Shown here: positions 51,574 to 62,165 of the stretch, piece after piece
How the letters are laid out: every line of letters begins with the position of its first letter
Numbering within the stretch: position 1 is the first letter of the stretch
Source of the DNA: an uncultured Gammaproteobacteria bacterium
Lineage (GTDB): Bacteria; Patescibacteriota; Microgenomatia; PFEM01; DATLAM01
Reading direction: 5' to 3'
Length of the DNA stretch: 64,000 nucleotides
NCBI GenBank assembly: GCA_964566925.1
Contig: CAZMIZ010000005.1
Coordinates: 184-64,183 of the forward strand
The notes under the pieces: model-generated
Told to the model about the DNA's origin: nothing
Seen by the model: only the letters and a program-made list of their open reading frames with translations
Database searches by the model: none
Made by a program: the position numbers and the translations under genes

Positions 51574-52281
51574 ATGAAGCTTAAAGATAAGGTTACTGTT
51601 ATCACTGGTGCTAGCGAGGGAATAGGGGAACAGATTGCCCTGAAACTAGCTCCAGCAGGCGTTGACCTCGCCCTTATTGCTAGAAGCAAAAACAATCTTC
51701 ATCGGGTTAAACAAAAAGCTTCGAAATTAGGCTCAGGCAAAGTCGAGATTTACCCCTGCGATATCCGGATCACTAAAAACCTAGAAAAAACAATCAAAAA
51801 GATCGCTTCAGATTTTAAAAAGATTGACATTCTTATTAATGTTGCCGGCATCTGGCAGAAAATGATGCCCGTAGAAAAAACTAAGAAAGAAGTGGTTGAC
51901 GATGTTATCCAAACCAATTTAACCGCCCTGGTTCACTCCACCCGTTTAGTTCTTCCTTATCTTAAAAAACAAAAAGAGGCGGCGATTATCAATGTGATTT
52001 CGAAATCAGGTGTTGTTGCTCAAGAAGGCCAATCGGTTTATACAGCCAGCAAATATGGGGCCCATGGTTTTACCGAGGTGCTTAAAGCCGACTTAAAAAG
52101 TTCGAATATCCGAGTGGCCGGTCTTTATCAAAGCGGAACAGCCACCAAGATGTTTGCCAAAACCGGAGAAAAAGTTCCTTTAGAGAACTTCACTAATCCG
52201 GCTGACTTGGCTGAAGTTGTCCTTTTTATGCTTTCCCAGCCGCCAAAGATCTGGCTCCACGAAGTTCAGGTTGAGTATTAA
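51574..52281 (+). CDS. SDR-family oxidoreductase
   Basis: 235 aa. TGASEGIG is the Rossmann motif, and the catalytic YTASKYG (YxxxK) is present. Confidence 0.75.
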   Translation: MKLKDKVTVITGASEGIGEQIALKLAPAGVDLALIARSKNNLHRVKQKASKLGSGKVEIYPCDIRITKNLEKTIKKIASDFKKIDILINVAGIWQKMMPVEKTKKEVVDDVIQTNLTALVHSTRLVLPYLKKQKEAAIINVISKSGVVAQEGQSVYTASKYGAHGFTEVLKADLKSSNIRVAGLYQSGTATKMFAKTGEKVPLENFTNPADLAEVVLFMLSQPPKIWLHEVQVEY

Positions 52282-52327
52282 AACTTTTCCCACTAGCATA
52301 GCCAAGCCCAACTTGATATAATTACTC

Positions 52328-53548
52328 TTGATGGATGAACTAGAGGTGGTTGTTGACAAAAACTTCAAAGAACAAACTGCCTTTCTTCAGAAGCTTGTCC
52401 AAACCAAAAGCGCCAACCCCTTTACTCCGGAGCAATCCGACCCTAAAGCACCAATTGAACTTGAAGTAGCTAAGGTAATTGAGAAAAAATTGAAAAAATT
52501 CCGCTTTAAACCTCGAAGAGTGGCTCTCTATCCGCAAAAACGACCCAATTTAGTGGCGAGAATCAAAGGTCAGAAAAAGGGCAAGACACTTGTTTTTTAT
52601 GGCCATATGGACACGGTTATGCCAGCTTTAAACTGTTCTTTTGATCCTTATTCCGGAAAAATTAAGAAAAACCGATTATATGGATTAGGGGCAGCTGATA
52701 TGAAGGCTTCTTTGTCTTGTTTGGTCTTTATGGTTAAAGCTTTGAAAGACCTCAAAATTAAACTTTTAGGTGATCTGATCTTAACTTTCGTAATCGACGA
52801 AGAGCCAGGAGCAGTTTCTCCTTATGGTGCCGCCTACCTTTTGAAAAAAGGCTTAAAAGCTGATGCGGTGGTTATTACTGAACCAATGACAGACAAAATT
52901 GCCGTCGGTTGTCGAGGAGGCTATCGATTCAAGGTTACCACCTTTGGCGAGGCGGCCCATACCGGCATGAAGGATTGGGAGAAGGGAACTAAAGGAAGGA
53001 ACGCTGTTCAAGATATGGTAACGGTTATTACTCAGCTGCGAAGCCTTTCCATTCCTTTTAAGCCGTCGCCTCTCTTTCCGGATGTTAGGCCGGTTTTTTC
53101 TTTTCCCACCAAAATTTCAGGCGGAACAGCGATTAATATTGTACCTGAAAAGTGTGAAGCTTATGGCGATACCCGGATTTTACCTTCGAATACGCCTAAC
53201 CAGATCAAAAGATTAATTCTCAAGAAGGTAGAGCCTCTTAGGAAGAAGATTAGATTTGAAGTCGAAGATTTAGTTAAAATCCCGGCCACAGAAACCAGTC
53301 CTCAAGAAAAGATTGTCAAAGTTTTAAAAAAGCAGGCCCGAAAGGTTTTAAAAAAGAAGTCAGAAATTGGTGGCTCCCGACCCTGGAGTGATCGTTGGAT
53401 GTTTGCCGAGAAGAAAATTCCTAGCGTTTCTTTTGGTCCGGATGGCGCGGGTATTCATGGCAAAGATGAGTATGTGGAGTTGGAGAGCGTTAAAAAGGTG
53501 ACCGAAGTCTTCACCCGGGTAGCGATTGAATTTTTGGGAAAAGCCTAG
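52328..53548 (+). CDS. M20-family metallopeptidase (ArgE/DapE-like deacylase)
   Basis: 406 aa. HMDTV, GAADMK and the E..E metal ligands are present. Confidence 0.7.
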   Translation: MMDELEVVVDKNFKEQTAFLQKLVQTKSANPFTPEQSDPKAPIELEVAKVIEKKLKKFRFKPRRVALYPQKRPNLVARIKGQKKGKTLVFYGHMDTVMPALNCSFDPYSGKIKKNRLYGLGAADMKASLSCLVFMVKALKDLKIKLLGDLILTFVIDEEPGAVSPYGAAYLLKKGLKADAVVITEPMTDKIAVGCRGGYRFKVTTFGEAAHTGMKDWEKGTKGRNAVQDMVTVITQLRSLSIPFKPSPLFPDVRPVFSFPTKISGGTAINIVPEKCEAYGDTRILPSNTPNQIKRLILKKVEPLRKKIRFEVEDLVKIPATETSPQEKIVKVLKKQARKVLKKKSEIGGSRPWSDRWMFAEKKIPSVSFGPDGAGIHGKDEYVELESVKKVTEVFTRVAIEFLGKA

Positions 53549-53573
53549 CCCTCAGCTGATATAATAACCTCTA

Positions 53574-54899
53574 ATGGCAAAAACCAAAACAGTTTTTGTG
53601 TGCCAACAATGCGGAGCGGAGAGTCCAAAATGGATGGGAAAGTGCCCGAGTTGTGGAGAGTGGGGCAGTTTAGTGGAAATGATTTTAAAGAAAGGGAAAG
53701 AAGAGGGGAGAATAAGAAAGAGGAGGGAAATTAAACCCCAAAAACTTGCCCAGATTGCTTCAACGAGATTAAAAAGGCTTTCTTCAAAAATTTCAGAGCT
53801 TGATCGAGTTTTAGGCAGTCCTTCGACAGGCTCAGGACGGGCGGGGATTGTTCCCGGGTCAGTGGTTTTGGTGGCGGGTGAGCCAGGGATTGGTAAATCA
53901 ACCCTTTTACTCCAGCTGGTGGCTAAAGTAGGCGGCCTTTATATTTCTGGTGAAGAATCTTTAGAGCAACTGAAGATCCGAGCGGAAAGACTGAAAATTA
54001 AAGCTCCCAAAGCCCAATTTCTAGCTGAAACCGATCTGGATTCCTGCCTGGTTCAAATAGCAACCCTGAAACCAAAAATAGTAATTGTTGATTCGATCCA
54101 GGCCTTAACCATGCCTGATCTTGAAGGCGCTGCTGGTTCAGTAGGCCAGGTAAGAGAGTGTACCTCTCGCCTGGTTAGGTTAGCCAAAAGAGAAAAAATC
54201 CCGATTTTTCTGGTTGGTCACGTGACTAAAGAAGGGGCGATTGCCGGCCCCAAAGTCTTAGAACATATGGTGGATACGGTGATTGCTCTTGAGGGTGAAC
54301 GTTTCGGCCAGTTTCGCTTGATTCGAGCCACCAAGAATCGTTTTGGGGCGACTGATGAGGTTGGCGTTTTTGAAATGATTGATTCCGGCCTTAAAGAGGT
54401 TGCTAATCCTTCTCGTTTGTTTATCAAGGAGAGAGTAAAGAGAGTGCCTGGTTCGGTGGTGGTGGTAACCATGGAAGGGACTCGGCCGGTTTTGGCTGAG
54501 ATTCAGGCTTTGGTGGCTCCCACTCAGCTAGCCGTCCCGCGCCGGGTAGGGCAGGGAGTCGGTTATTATCGTCTCCAGTTGATTAGCGCTGTTTTAACTA
54601 AAAGGTTGGGTTTGCCCTTGGCTACTCAGGACATTTACGTTAACGTGGTTGGGGGATTAAAAATCCAAGAGCCGGCCGCTGATCTAGGCATTGCTTTAGC
54701 CATAATTTCCTCTTTTAAAAACATTCCCCTTGATCCGAAAACGGCTGTTTTTGGCGAAATTGGACTTTTGGGCGAGATCAGAAAGGTGGGCCAGGCTGAA
54801 CAAAGGAGAAGAGAAGCTAAAAGGTTGGGCTTTACGAAGATTATTTCTCCGGAAACAGCCACCTCAATTAATCAAATTGTCAAAACTCTTCTAAAGTAG
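53574..54899 (+). CDS. radA: DNA repair protein RadA
   Basis: 441 aa. Has the zinc finger CQQCGAESPKWMGKCPSCGEW, Walker A GEPGIGKST, KNRFG (ATKNRFGATDE), and a Lon-like C-terminal domain. Confidence 0.9.
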   Translation: MAKTKTVFVCQQCGAESPKWMGKCPSCGEWGSLVEMILKKGKEEGRIRKRREIKPQKLAQIASTRLKRLSSKISELDRVLGSPSTGSGRAGIVPGSVVLVAGEPGIGKSTLLLQLVAKVGGLYISGEESLEQLKIRAERLKIKAPKAQFLAETDLDSCLVQIATLKPKIVIVDSIQALTMPDLEGAAGSVGQVRECTSRLVRLAKREKIPIFLVGHVTKEGAIAGPKVLEHMVDTVIALEGERFGQFRLIRATKNRFGATDEVGVFEMIDSGLKEVANPSRLFIKERVKRVPGSVVVVTMEGTRPVLAEIQALVAPTQLAVPRRVGQGVGYYRLQLISAVLTKRLGLPLATQDIYVNVVGGLKIQEPAADLGIALAIISSFKNIPLDPKTAVFGEIGLLGEIRKVGQAEQRRREAKRLGFTKIISPETATSINQIVKTLLK

Positions 54900-55247
54900 A
54901 CTGATCCCTTTTCCCAAGTTATCCACAATAACCATTTTTTTCTTAAGAACCGCTATTTCCGTGCCTATATTATTAATAGTATATTTTATAGGTCTACCGA
55001 TTTTTATTATTAGTCTTTCTATAGGCTTGACAAGCTAATGGAAATGTGATAAAAGTTGAAACAGCTTAACATAACCTTAAAAAGAAAGAGCATTACTATC
55101 GCTGGACAGGTCCACGAATAGTAATGCCCTTAATAGCGGTTTACAAGTTAGGACAGGTAACTTGTCGACCTATCAGACAGACTAGCACAAGAAATTTTTC
55201 TTGTCAAGAGATCTTATAAGTCTAATAAGCTTAAAGAAAGGCTTTAA

Positions 55248-56357
55248 ATGACTGCCTCTCCAGAATCAGGAAAACCTAGAGTGAGTAGAAAATTATTCCT
55301 TGTAGGTGCGGTAGGAGGAGCAGCATCTCTTTTGGCGGGCGGAACTGGTTATTGGTTGGGAGGGAGAAGAGAAGAGGAGCCGAATCGCCAAGAGCCTGAA
55401 GCAGCACCTTCGGCAACTCTCGATTTGGAAGTTCACTCGCTTCCTGTTCCTGTAGAGCAGCCCCCAGGAACGCTCGCATTAGCCTTGATGCTGAATGCTT
55501 CTAGTTTTGCAGGAACAGCGGTTTCCACCGAAACTCCGACTGCCACCTCTACCGCTACACCCAGACCAACTGAAACGGCAACTTCGACGATGATGGCCAT
55601 TCTTACTCCCACTCCGGATTTAAGACCGAATCTTTGTGCCCCAGGATCCTTTGTTATTCCTCAGACCAGATGGAAAGACCAAGTAAAGGTTGGAGACGTG
55701 ATTTCTTTTTTTCAAGAACAAACCCCTGCCCGGACTGCTTTATTTGAGTATTTAGAGAACCCAGGCATGGGGAATTACTCGGGGATTAGATTAAGACCAG
55801 AAACAGTTAAACCTCTGGATATTCCTCCTGAAGGTGATGACCAGCTAGTCGATTTAGTAAATAATCTACGCTCGCTTTTGATTATGACTGAAGAAGTTTA
55901 TGGCCAAGCGACTCAAAATCAGTTAAGAATTGAAAACGGCGATTTACAAGCCTTACAGAGCATGCTTTACCGGAAGAGAGAGGAAAATGCTGCCGGACAA
56001 ATTGTAGTAAAGATTGTCGCTAATCAGCAAGAGATTGAGGTTACAAGACAATTACTTGATGACTGTCATGGGCGCTGGGATGGTTCGCCAATCGCTGTGG
56101 TGGAAGGACTTGACGAAGACAGCAGTCGGTTAATTTTTGCTTTTGATGGTTTGTGTGGCAATCTCTTCTTAGCGATAAAACTTCCACCGTCGCCCACGCC
56201 TACAGCGACCGCCACCCCACCCCAAGAAAGAGACGGTAACGGAGGGAAGAGACCACCAACAGCAACAGCCCATCCACCCCAGCCACCAGTTAAAAAACCA
56301 ACAGCGACCGCTGTGCCGCCACAGGGACCAGTTGAACCACCAAAGGAGAATAATTGA
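55248..56357 (+). CDS. Membrane-anchored surface protein with Thr/Pro-rich linkers
   Basis: 369 aa. Has an N-terminal TM helix and the linkers [19 protein letters not shown] and [13 protein letters not shown]. Confidence 0.45.
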   Translation: MTASPESGKPRVSRKLFLVGAVGGAASLLAGGTGYWLGGRREEEPNRQEPEAAPSATLDLEVHSLPVPVEQPPGTLALALMLNASSFAGTAVSTETPTATSTATPRPTETATSTMMAILTPTPDLRPNLCAPGSFVIPQTRWKDQVKVGDVISFFQEQTPARTALFEYLENPGMGNYSGIRLRPETVKPLDIPPEGDDQLVDLVNNLRSLLIMTEEVYGQATQNQLRIENGDLQALQSMLYRKREENAAGQIVVKIVANQQEIEVTRQLLDDCHGRWDGSPIAVVEGLDEDSSRLIFAFDGLCGNLFLAIKLPPSPTPTATATPPQERDGNGGKRPPTATAHPPQPPVKKPTATAVPPQGPVEPPKENN

Positions 56358-57802
56358 TGAAACTTAAAAAACTTTTACCACTCGTTTTACTCTCGATCCC
56401 TCTTATTCTGGGAGTGGTAAGAATTGCTTTGGCTGATCCCGGAGCCGCCTTTTTATCAGGTAACATTTTTAAGGCTTACAATAACACCAAACAGGATACT
56501 CCTTCTTGGGTTGATCCTCTTAACAATGTTGATCCAGGCAACGTGGTTGAGTATCATACCCGAGTCCGAAACGTGGGTGATGAGGCGGCCACCGGAGTTA
56601 AGGTCAAAGCTGACCTTCCCGGGAGTTATGGAACTCAGCAAATTGCGACAATTCATTTAACTGCTAATAATGCCAATGAGGTGACTGATACAGCCACAGT
56701 TAATCTGACTGGGAGTGCCAAGATTGAATACCTTTCCGGACACGCTCGTTATGTCGATGGTTCGGGCGAGCATTCTCTACCAGAAACAATTACTACGAGT
56801 GGGGTAAGTTTGCCCAATCTTGATCCTGGTAACGAATACGAAATCCAAGTGATGTTTAAAGCTTGGGCCAGGCCTGAACCATCACCAACACCCACTCCAA
56901 CTTGTACGCCTTCGCCCACACCGACACCCACTTGTACACCGACACCGACCTGCACACCTTCACCAACACCCACACCAACAGCAACCCCAACACCGACTTC
57001 TACCCCGACGCCGACAATAACCCCAACGCCCACCGAAACACCAACGCCGACGCCAACACCGACACCCTGCTGGTCAAAGTTTAAAATTCATAAATACAAC
57101 GATGAAAATGGCGATGGCGACCAGGATTCGGGTGAAGATGGGCTTTCCTGGGACTTTGAATACCGGATTAATGGTGGCGACTGGTATGATTACAGCACCC
57201 GTTGGTGGCGGAGTGGCTGGGGTGGCGAAGTCGAAGTGGAGTGCGATGATCGGGTAGAGGTTAAAGAAGTGGCTAAAGAAGATTGGGCGCCAACGACCTC
57301 AACTAGAGTAGAATTCAATGCGCTTGACAATGAAACCCGGGAAGTCCATTTTGGTAACCGAGAATGGGAAGGACCGACACCCACTCCCTCGCCCCACGAA
57401 TCTTGGTGTGTTAGTCTTTCCGTTAGCCCGACCAGTGGTGAGGCCCCCTTAGCAGTTGTTTTTAATGGCAGCGGCTACGATTCTGAGGGTGATATCCGAG
57501 AATACGAATTTGATTTCGGTGATGGCGAGATCCTCACCCAAAGTGACTCTCGGGTGGAGCATGTTTATCAGGATCCAGGCACTTATTGGGCTTCATTGAA
57601 AGTTAAGGATACTCATGATAATTGGCAAAATGGCAGTGATGATTGTCGGCAAGAAATTAGTGTCGGCCGAGAACCTGAAGTTTTAGCGGCCGAAGCACCA
57701 GCGGTTCAACCACCGACTGGAGCCAACACGACGTTAACCCTGGGCTTGATTGTGGCTGGTATAGCAGGCTTGCTTTTGCGAGTTTTGCCAATCCTGCTCT
57801 AA
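56354..57802 (+). CDS. Secreted surface protein (DUF11-like domain, long TP-rich linker, PKD domain) with a C-terminal sortase-type sorting signal
   Basis: 482 aa. Has a signal peptide, [27 protein letters not shown] (DUF11-like), (TPTPTC/SPTP)n, and the PKD signature [30 protein letters not shown]. The C-terminus is QPPTGAN followed by a hydrophobic helix and [10 protein letters not shown]. Confidence 0.6.
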   Translation: MMKLKKLLPLVLLSIPLILGVVRIALADPGAAFLSGNIFKAYNNTKQDTPSWVDPLNNVDPGNVVEYHTRVRNVGDEAATGVKVKADLPGSYGTQQIATIHLTANNANEVTDTATVNLTGSAKIEYLSGHARYVDGSGEHSLPETITTSGVSLPNLDPGNEYEIQVMFKAWARPEPSPTPTPTCTPSPTPTPTCTPTPTCTPSPTPTPTATPTPTSTPTPTITPTPTETPTPTPTPTPCWSKFKIHKYNDENGDGDQDSGEDGLSWDFEYRINGGDWYDYSTRWWRSGWGGEVEVECDDRVEVKEVAKEDWAPTTSTRVEFNALDNETREVHFGNREWEGPTPTPSPHESWCVSLSVSPTSGEAPLAVVFNGSGYDSEGDIREYEFDFGDGEILTQSDSRVEHVYQDPGTYWASLKVKDTHDNWQNGSDDCRQEISVGREPEVLAAEAPAVQPPTGANTTLTLGLIVAGIAGLLLRVLPILL

Positions 57803-58563
57803 TGGAAAAAAACGGTCTTATTTTTGATGCTTCTTGGCTAGGGAAAGAAGAGAGAGCTTCTTTTTCGGAGCGGGGAGCAGTGTGTAGGGCAGGCGCACTG
57901 CTTCCCACTTCGGGGAAGAAGCTTTTTTCTTTTCGCTCCCAATCTTTCCGTTGGCTGGCCAACAGCCTCATTTTAATTTCTTTAGTCGGTCTTTTTCTTA
58001 CTTTTGGTCCAGTTTTGAGGGTAGAACTTTCTTATCGGGTTAAAAAGGCTTTAGAGAGGCTACCAGAGGCTCAACGAACTACTTTTGGCGATCTCTTAAA
58101 ATTACCGGCTCCCAATCAGGCTTTAGCGGCTCCGAATGCCTCTTTTTCCCTGGTGATTCCCGAAATTGAGGCCCGAGCCCCGATTTTGGCCAATGTTGAT
58201 GCCGGCAATCCAGGCGAATTCAATCAGGCTCTTTCTCAAGGAGTGGCTCATGCTAAAGGAACTTACTTTCCGGGAATGGGGGAGATAATTTATCTTTTTG
58301 CCCACTCAACCGATTCACCTTTTAATATTGCCCGCTATAATGCGGTTTTCTTCCTTTTACGAGAACTCGAGCCTGGAGACGAAATCATTGTTTTTTTTCA
58401 AGGAAAGAGGTTTGCTTATCGAGTGGCTGAAAAAATGATTACCGCCGCTAATAACACCCGTTTTTTTGAGCCTCAAGGAGAAGAAATTCTTGTTCTCCAG
58501 ACCTGTTGGCCGCCAGGAACAACCTTAAGACGCCTTTTAGTCTTAGCCAAACCCGCTGGATAA
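57802..58563 (+). CDS. Sortase-family transpeptidase
   Basis: 253 aa. Has an N-terminal TM helix, the conserved His (YLFAHST), the catalytic TLxTC-like LVLQTCWPPG, and the conserved Arg (RRLLVLAKP). Confidence 0.75.
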   Translation: MEKNGLIFDASWLGKEERASFSERGAVCRAGALLPTSGKKLFSFRSQSFRWLANSLILISLVGLFLTFGPVLRVELSYRVKKALERLPEAQRTTFGDLLKLPAPNQALAAPNASFSLVIPEIEARAPILANVDAGNPGEFNQALSQGVAHAKGTYFPGMGEIIYLFAHSTDSPFNIARYNAVFFLLRELEPGDEIIVFFQGKRFAYRVAEKMITAANNTRFFEPQGEEILVLQTCWPPGTTLRRLLVLAKPAG

Positions 58564-58597
58564 CCTCTTTTCTGTGATATAATTTGAATTAACCTTC

Positions 58598-59182
58598 ATG
58601 GTCAAGATTATCTTAGCCACCACTTCTCCTTACCGCCGGGAAGCTTTTAAGTTTCTTGGCTTGAATTTTGTGGTTGAAGAGAGTGGGGTGGAGGAATATT
58701 TCAAAGGAAGACCAAAGAGGCCCGAAGCCCTCGTTAAGCAATTAGCCAAACTTAAGGCCGAATCCGTGGCTAAAAATCATTCAAAGGGGATTGTCATTGG
58801 TTTTGATTCAGTATGTTGGTTTAAGAACAGAATTTTTGAGAAACCGAAGTCAAGAAAAGAGGCTTTTCAACGCCTAAAATCTCTATCTGGCAAGAACCAC
58901 CAATTTTATACCGGGATTTATTTGATTGATCTTGCCACTGGCCAAAAACTTTCCAGGGTGGTCAGCACAGACGTCTGGTTTAGAGAGTTAACCGTGAGAG
59001 AGATTAACAAATACCTTAATCAAGACCCAAGCTATAAAACTTGTGCTTTAGGCTATGACACTTTGGGACACTATAGTTCATCCTTTGCCCGAAGGATTGA
59101 GGGTAGCTATAATAATCTCTTAAGAGGGATTCCCTTAGAGACAATTATTGAGATGCTCAAGGATTTGGGGTATAAAATTTAA
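58598..59182 (+). CDS. maf: Maf-like nucleoside-triphosphate pyrophosphatase
   Basis: 194 aa. N-terminal KIILATTSPYRRE and the central Maf fold motifs are present. Confidence 0.75.
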   Translation: MVKIILATTSPYRREAFKFLGLNFVVEESGVEEYFKGRPKRPEALVKQLAKLKAESVAKNHSKGIVIGFDSVCWFKNRIFEKPKSRKEAFQRLKSLSGKNHQFYTGIYLIDLATGQKLSRVVSTDVWFRELTVREINKYLNQDPSYKTCALGYDTLGHYSSSFARRIEGSYNNLLRGIPLETIIEMLKDLGYKI

Positions 59183-59362
59183 ATACCTATTGACAAAGGT
59201 TAATTTACCTGTTAAACTAATTAGCGAGTTGGAATTTCCCCTTAATTTTTCCGAAAAAGAGCATTATTAATGGGAACCTCAGTCGATTTCCTATTTAAAT
59301 AGATGTTTTTAGACATAATTGATGATTTTTAATTCATAGTTTAGCTAACTTCTGAAGGTTTT

Positions 59363-60664
59363 ATGCCCAAAGCACCCAAGAAAATTCAAGCTAATTCACC
59401 CGCCGGTCCACCCACCAACGACCTTCCTTCAGCTGATGATTTGGCTGAGATTATGGAAGGTAAGAAACCACCCGCCCCTTCTAAGCCGGTTGAGACGAAA
59501 AAGGAAGGTAGGCGGTTTGATGGTTTAGTTGACGATCGGGTTATTCCTGATGCCGGCGTCCCCACTCAATTTAAAGAAGGGGTTTTAGATGTGGCTAACG
59601 AAGGCCATGGTTATCTGCGACCAAAATTTTCGCCTTCCGATCAGGATGTTTATATTTCCGCCTCTCAAATTCGCCGTTTCTCTCTGCGACCAGGTGACAT
59701 GGTGGGGGGGCAGGTTCGCGCTCCTAAAGACAACGAAAGATATTTTGGTCTCTTAAAAGTAGAGAAGGTTAACGGTGAACCAATCTCTAAGCTTGGAAGG
59801 CGGGCTAACTTTTCTGATTTAGTCCCCATTTATCCAGACGAGCAGATCAAATTAGAAACCGGAAAAGCGCCTTTATCGACCCGGATGATTGATTTAATTT
59901 CCCCGATTGGGCGAGGCCAGCGAGGCCTGATTGTTTCCCCTCCTAAGGCGGGTAAAACCTGGCTTTTGAAAGATATTGCCAATGGGGTGACGGCTAACTA
60001 TAAAAATATTCACCTCATGGCGGTCCTAGTAGGCGAGAGGCCTGAAGAAGTAACTGATATTTCTCGAAGCATCAAAGGCGAGGTGATTGCCTCTAACTTT
60101 GATGAGCCGCCGGAGCACCAAACAAGGGTGGCGGAAATCGCTTTAGACAGGGCTAAACGTTTAGTAGAAAGAGGGATAGATGTTTTTATTCTTCTGGATT
60201 CTATCACTCGGTTGGCTCGAGCTTATAACCTTTGTATCCCTACTTCGGGGCGGACTTTAACTGGAGGTTTTGATCCAGCCGCTCTTTATCCACCCAAACG
60301 ATTTTTCGGCGCCGCTCGGAATATTGAGAAAGGTGGCTCCTTGACGATCATTGGCACCTGTTTGGTTGAGACTGGTTCGAAAATGGACGATTTGATTTAT
60401 GAGGAGTTTAAGGGAACCGGAAACATGGAGCTTCATTTGGTTCGAGTCTTGGCTGAACGCCGAGTTTATCCGGCGATTGATATTCAGCGTTCAGGCACTC
60501 GCCAGGAAGAGCTCTTGTATGAGAAAAAAGTTTATCCGAAAATCATTACCATGCGAAAGATGGTTGATATGTTGGGGGCGGATGAACGAACTGAACTTTT
60601 TATAGAAAGGTTAGTCAAAACTAAGTCAAACGCGGAGTTTCTAAAGACGCTTAATAAAGGCTAA
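59363..60664 (+). CDS. rho: Transcription termination factor Rho
   Basis: 433 aa. Has an OB/CSD-like RNA-binding region, Walker [13 protein letters not shown], and Q/R-loop sequences. Confidence 0.9.
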   Translation: MPKAPKKIQANSPAGPPTNDLPSADDLAEIMEGKKPPAPSKPVETKKEGRRFDGLVDDRVIPDAGVPTQFKEGVLDVANEGHGYLRPKFSPSDQDVYISASQIRRFSLRPGDMVGGQVRAPKDNERYFGLLKVEKVNGEPISKLGRRANFSDLVPIYPDEQIKLETGKAPLSTRMIDLISPIGRGQRGLIVSPPKAGKTWLLKDIANGVTANYKNIHLMAVLVGERPEEVTDISRSIKGEVIASNFDEPPEHQTRVAEIALDRAKRLVERGIDVFILLDSITRLARAYNLCIPTSGRTLTGGFDPAALYPPKRFFGAARNIEKGGSLTIIGTCLVETGSKMDDLIYEEFKGTGNMELHLVRVLAERRVYPAIDIQRSGTRQEELLYEKKVYPKIITMRKMVDMLGADERTELFIERLVKTKSNAEFLKTLNKG

Positions 60665-60733
60665 TTTTTCTCCTCCTAGGCTTCGAAATTAATGCTTGTA
60701 TTCCCTTAGGAGTTATGCTAGGCTAATCCCGTT

Positions 60734-61837
60734 ATGGATAATCTTCCTTTAAGGTCTTTAAAAGAAGACTTAAGGGCCTATTTTTTTTGTCTTGGTCGTT
60801 GGTTGGGACAGAAAATTATCAAAGTTTTTGGACGCTTTGAAAAGACTAAGTCGACCTTAGCGGTAAAACTTTACCGTCAAAGGGGCCGCTGGGCGCGACC
60901 CTTCATCCATTCGGGAATGGCCCTTTTAATTATTGGCGGAATTACTTTGGGGCCGACCTTGGTGGCCGAGAACTTTCCTGGTTTTGCCGCTGATCCCTGG
61001 CAAGAACTTCCTTCTTCTTCAGTTCTTTCTGCAGCCACCGCCGCGGAAATTGAGACAACGACCTTGATTTCCAATAAGCCTCGAGCGGAGATTGTTGAAT
61101 ATCTGGTCCAGCCGGGGGATACGGTTTCCACGATTGCCGAAAAATTTGGCATTTCGACTGATACAATCCGCTGGGAAAACAATTTAGCCACGATTGAGTC
61201 AATTAAGCCTGGTCAAACCTTAAGAATTTTACCGGTGACCGGCGTGGCTCATAAAGTTAGCCATGGGGAAACCATTTATTCAATTGCTAAGCGTTATGAT
61301 GTTGGCCCCCAAGGGGTTGTTGACTGGCCTTATAATTCTTTCGCTAATGATGAGACTTTTGCTCTCGCGGTTGGCCAAGTGCTGATGGTTCCAGACGGAG
61401 TGATGCCTAAGGCTCAACCCTGGCAGCCAAGAGAGTACTTAGTCGAAGTGCCCCAAGCAGGAGCAGTTACCGGTACCGGCCAATTCGTTTGGCCAACTGC
61501 CGGCAACATTTCCCAAGGCTTTCGTTGGTATCATCAGGGAATTGATATCTCTAATAGATCCGCTCCTGGGATCGTAGCGGCTGATGGCGGAACGGTGGTG
61601 ACCGCTGGTTGGCCTAGTCCTTGGGCTTACGGTAATCGGGTTTTGATTGATCATGGGAACGGCTTTGCTACTCTTTATGCCCATCTTTCTCGAATTTATG
61701 TTTCCGTAGGTCAAAAAGTGGGTCAGGGTGCCGTTATTGGCCAAATGGGATCCACCGGTCGTTCCACCGGGACTCACCTTCACTTTGAAATCAGGAAAGG
61801 TGGAGTTGCGGTTAACCCATTAAACTATTTAAGATAA
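60734..61837 (+). CDS. LysM-domain M23 peptidoglycan endopeptidase
   Basis: 367 aa. Has an N-terminal TM helix, two LysM repeats (YLVQPGDTVSTIAEKFGIS and HKVSHGETIYSIAKRYDV), and the M23 motifs HQGIDI and GSTGRSTGTHLHFEI. Confidence 0.8.
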   Translation: MDNLPLRSLKEDLRAYFFCLGRWLGQKIIKVFGRFEKTKSTLAVKLYRQRGRWARPFIHSGMALLIIGGITLGPTLVAENFPGFAADPWQELPSSSVLSAATAAEIETTTLISNKPRAEIVEYLVQPGDTVSTIAEKFGISTDTIRWENNLATIESIKPGQTLRILPVTGVAHKVSHGETIYSIAKRYDVGPQGVVDWPYNSFANDETFALAVGQVLMVPDGVMPKAQPWQPREYLVEVPQAGAVTGTGQFVWPTAGNISQGFRWYHQGIDISNRSAPGIVAADGGTVVTAGWPSPWAYGNRVLIDHGNGFATLYAHLSRIYVSVGQKVGQGAVIGQMGSTGRSTGTHLHFEIRKGGVAVNPLNYLR

Positions 61838-61872
61838 GGTTTGCTAACCGTTATTGAAAGGATAATTGAAGC

Positions 61873-61897
61873 CGCCTCTCGGCGGTTTTTTAGTGGA
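61873..61897 (+). terminator. Intrinsic terminator after the M23 peptidase gene
   Basis: gccgcctctcggcgg followed by tttttta. Confidence 0.45.
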
Positions 61898-61928
61898 GTC
61901 GATGGGACTTGTCGTGTCAGAGGCAGAT

Positions 61929-61944
61929 CCGCCTTTGGCGGAAA
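61929..61944 (+). repeat. Hairpin-family copy 4 (TCCGCC-ttt-GGCGGA) next to the minus-strand tRNA-Ala pair
   Basis: atccgcctttggcggaaac. Confidence 0.5.
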
Positions 61945-61971
61945 CGCACAACCTCCCCCTCTAAATTTCTG

Positions 61972-62044
61972 TGGACCCGAGGGGTCTCGAACCCCTGACC
62001 TTCTACGTGCCACGCAGACGCTCTACCAACTGAGCTACGGGCCC
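61972..62044 (-). tRNA. tRNA-Ala (anticodon GGC)
   Basis: Reverse complement is GGGCCCG-TA-GCTCAGTTGGTAGAGC-G-TCTGC-GTGGCAC-GTAGA-AGGTC-AGGGG-TTCGAGA-CCCCT-CGGGTCC-A, with G3:U70. Confidence 0.8.
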
Positions 62045-62119
62045 TGGTGGACTGGGAGGGAGTCGAACCCTCAACCTCTTCGATGCGAGCGAAGCGTTCT
62101 ACCGCTGAACTACCAGCCC
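62045..62119 (-). tRNA. tRNA-Ala (anticodon CGC), CCA encoded
   Basis: Reverse complement is GGGCTGG-TA-GTTCAGCGGTAGAAC-G-CTTCG-CTCGCAT-CGAAG-AGGTT-GAGGG-TTCGACT-CCCTC-CCAGTCC-A-CCA, with G3:U70. Confidence 0.8.
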
Positions 62120-62165
62120 AAACACACTAATATTTTATCATGATTAAAGATTGATTTCCAACCTG

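Noticed and set aside
56749-57033. Minus-strand GVGVGV ORF and the plus-strand 56902-57084 ORF
   Set aside because: They are alternate frames of the (ACACCGACACCC)n Thr-Pro linker repeat of the 56354-57802 gene.
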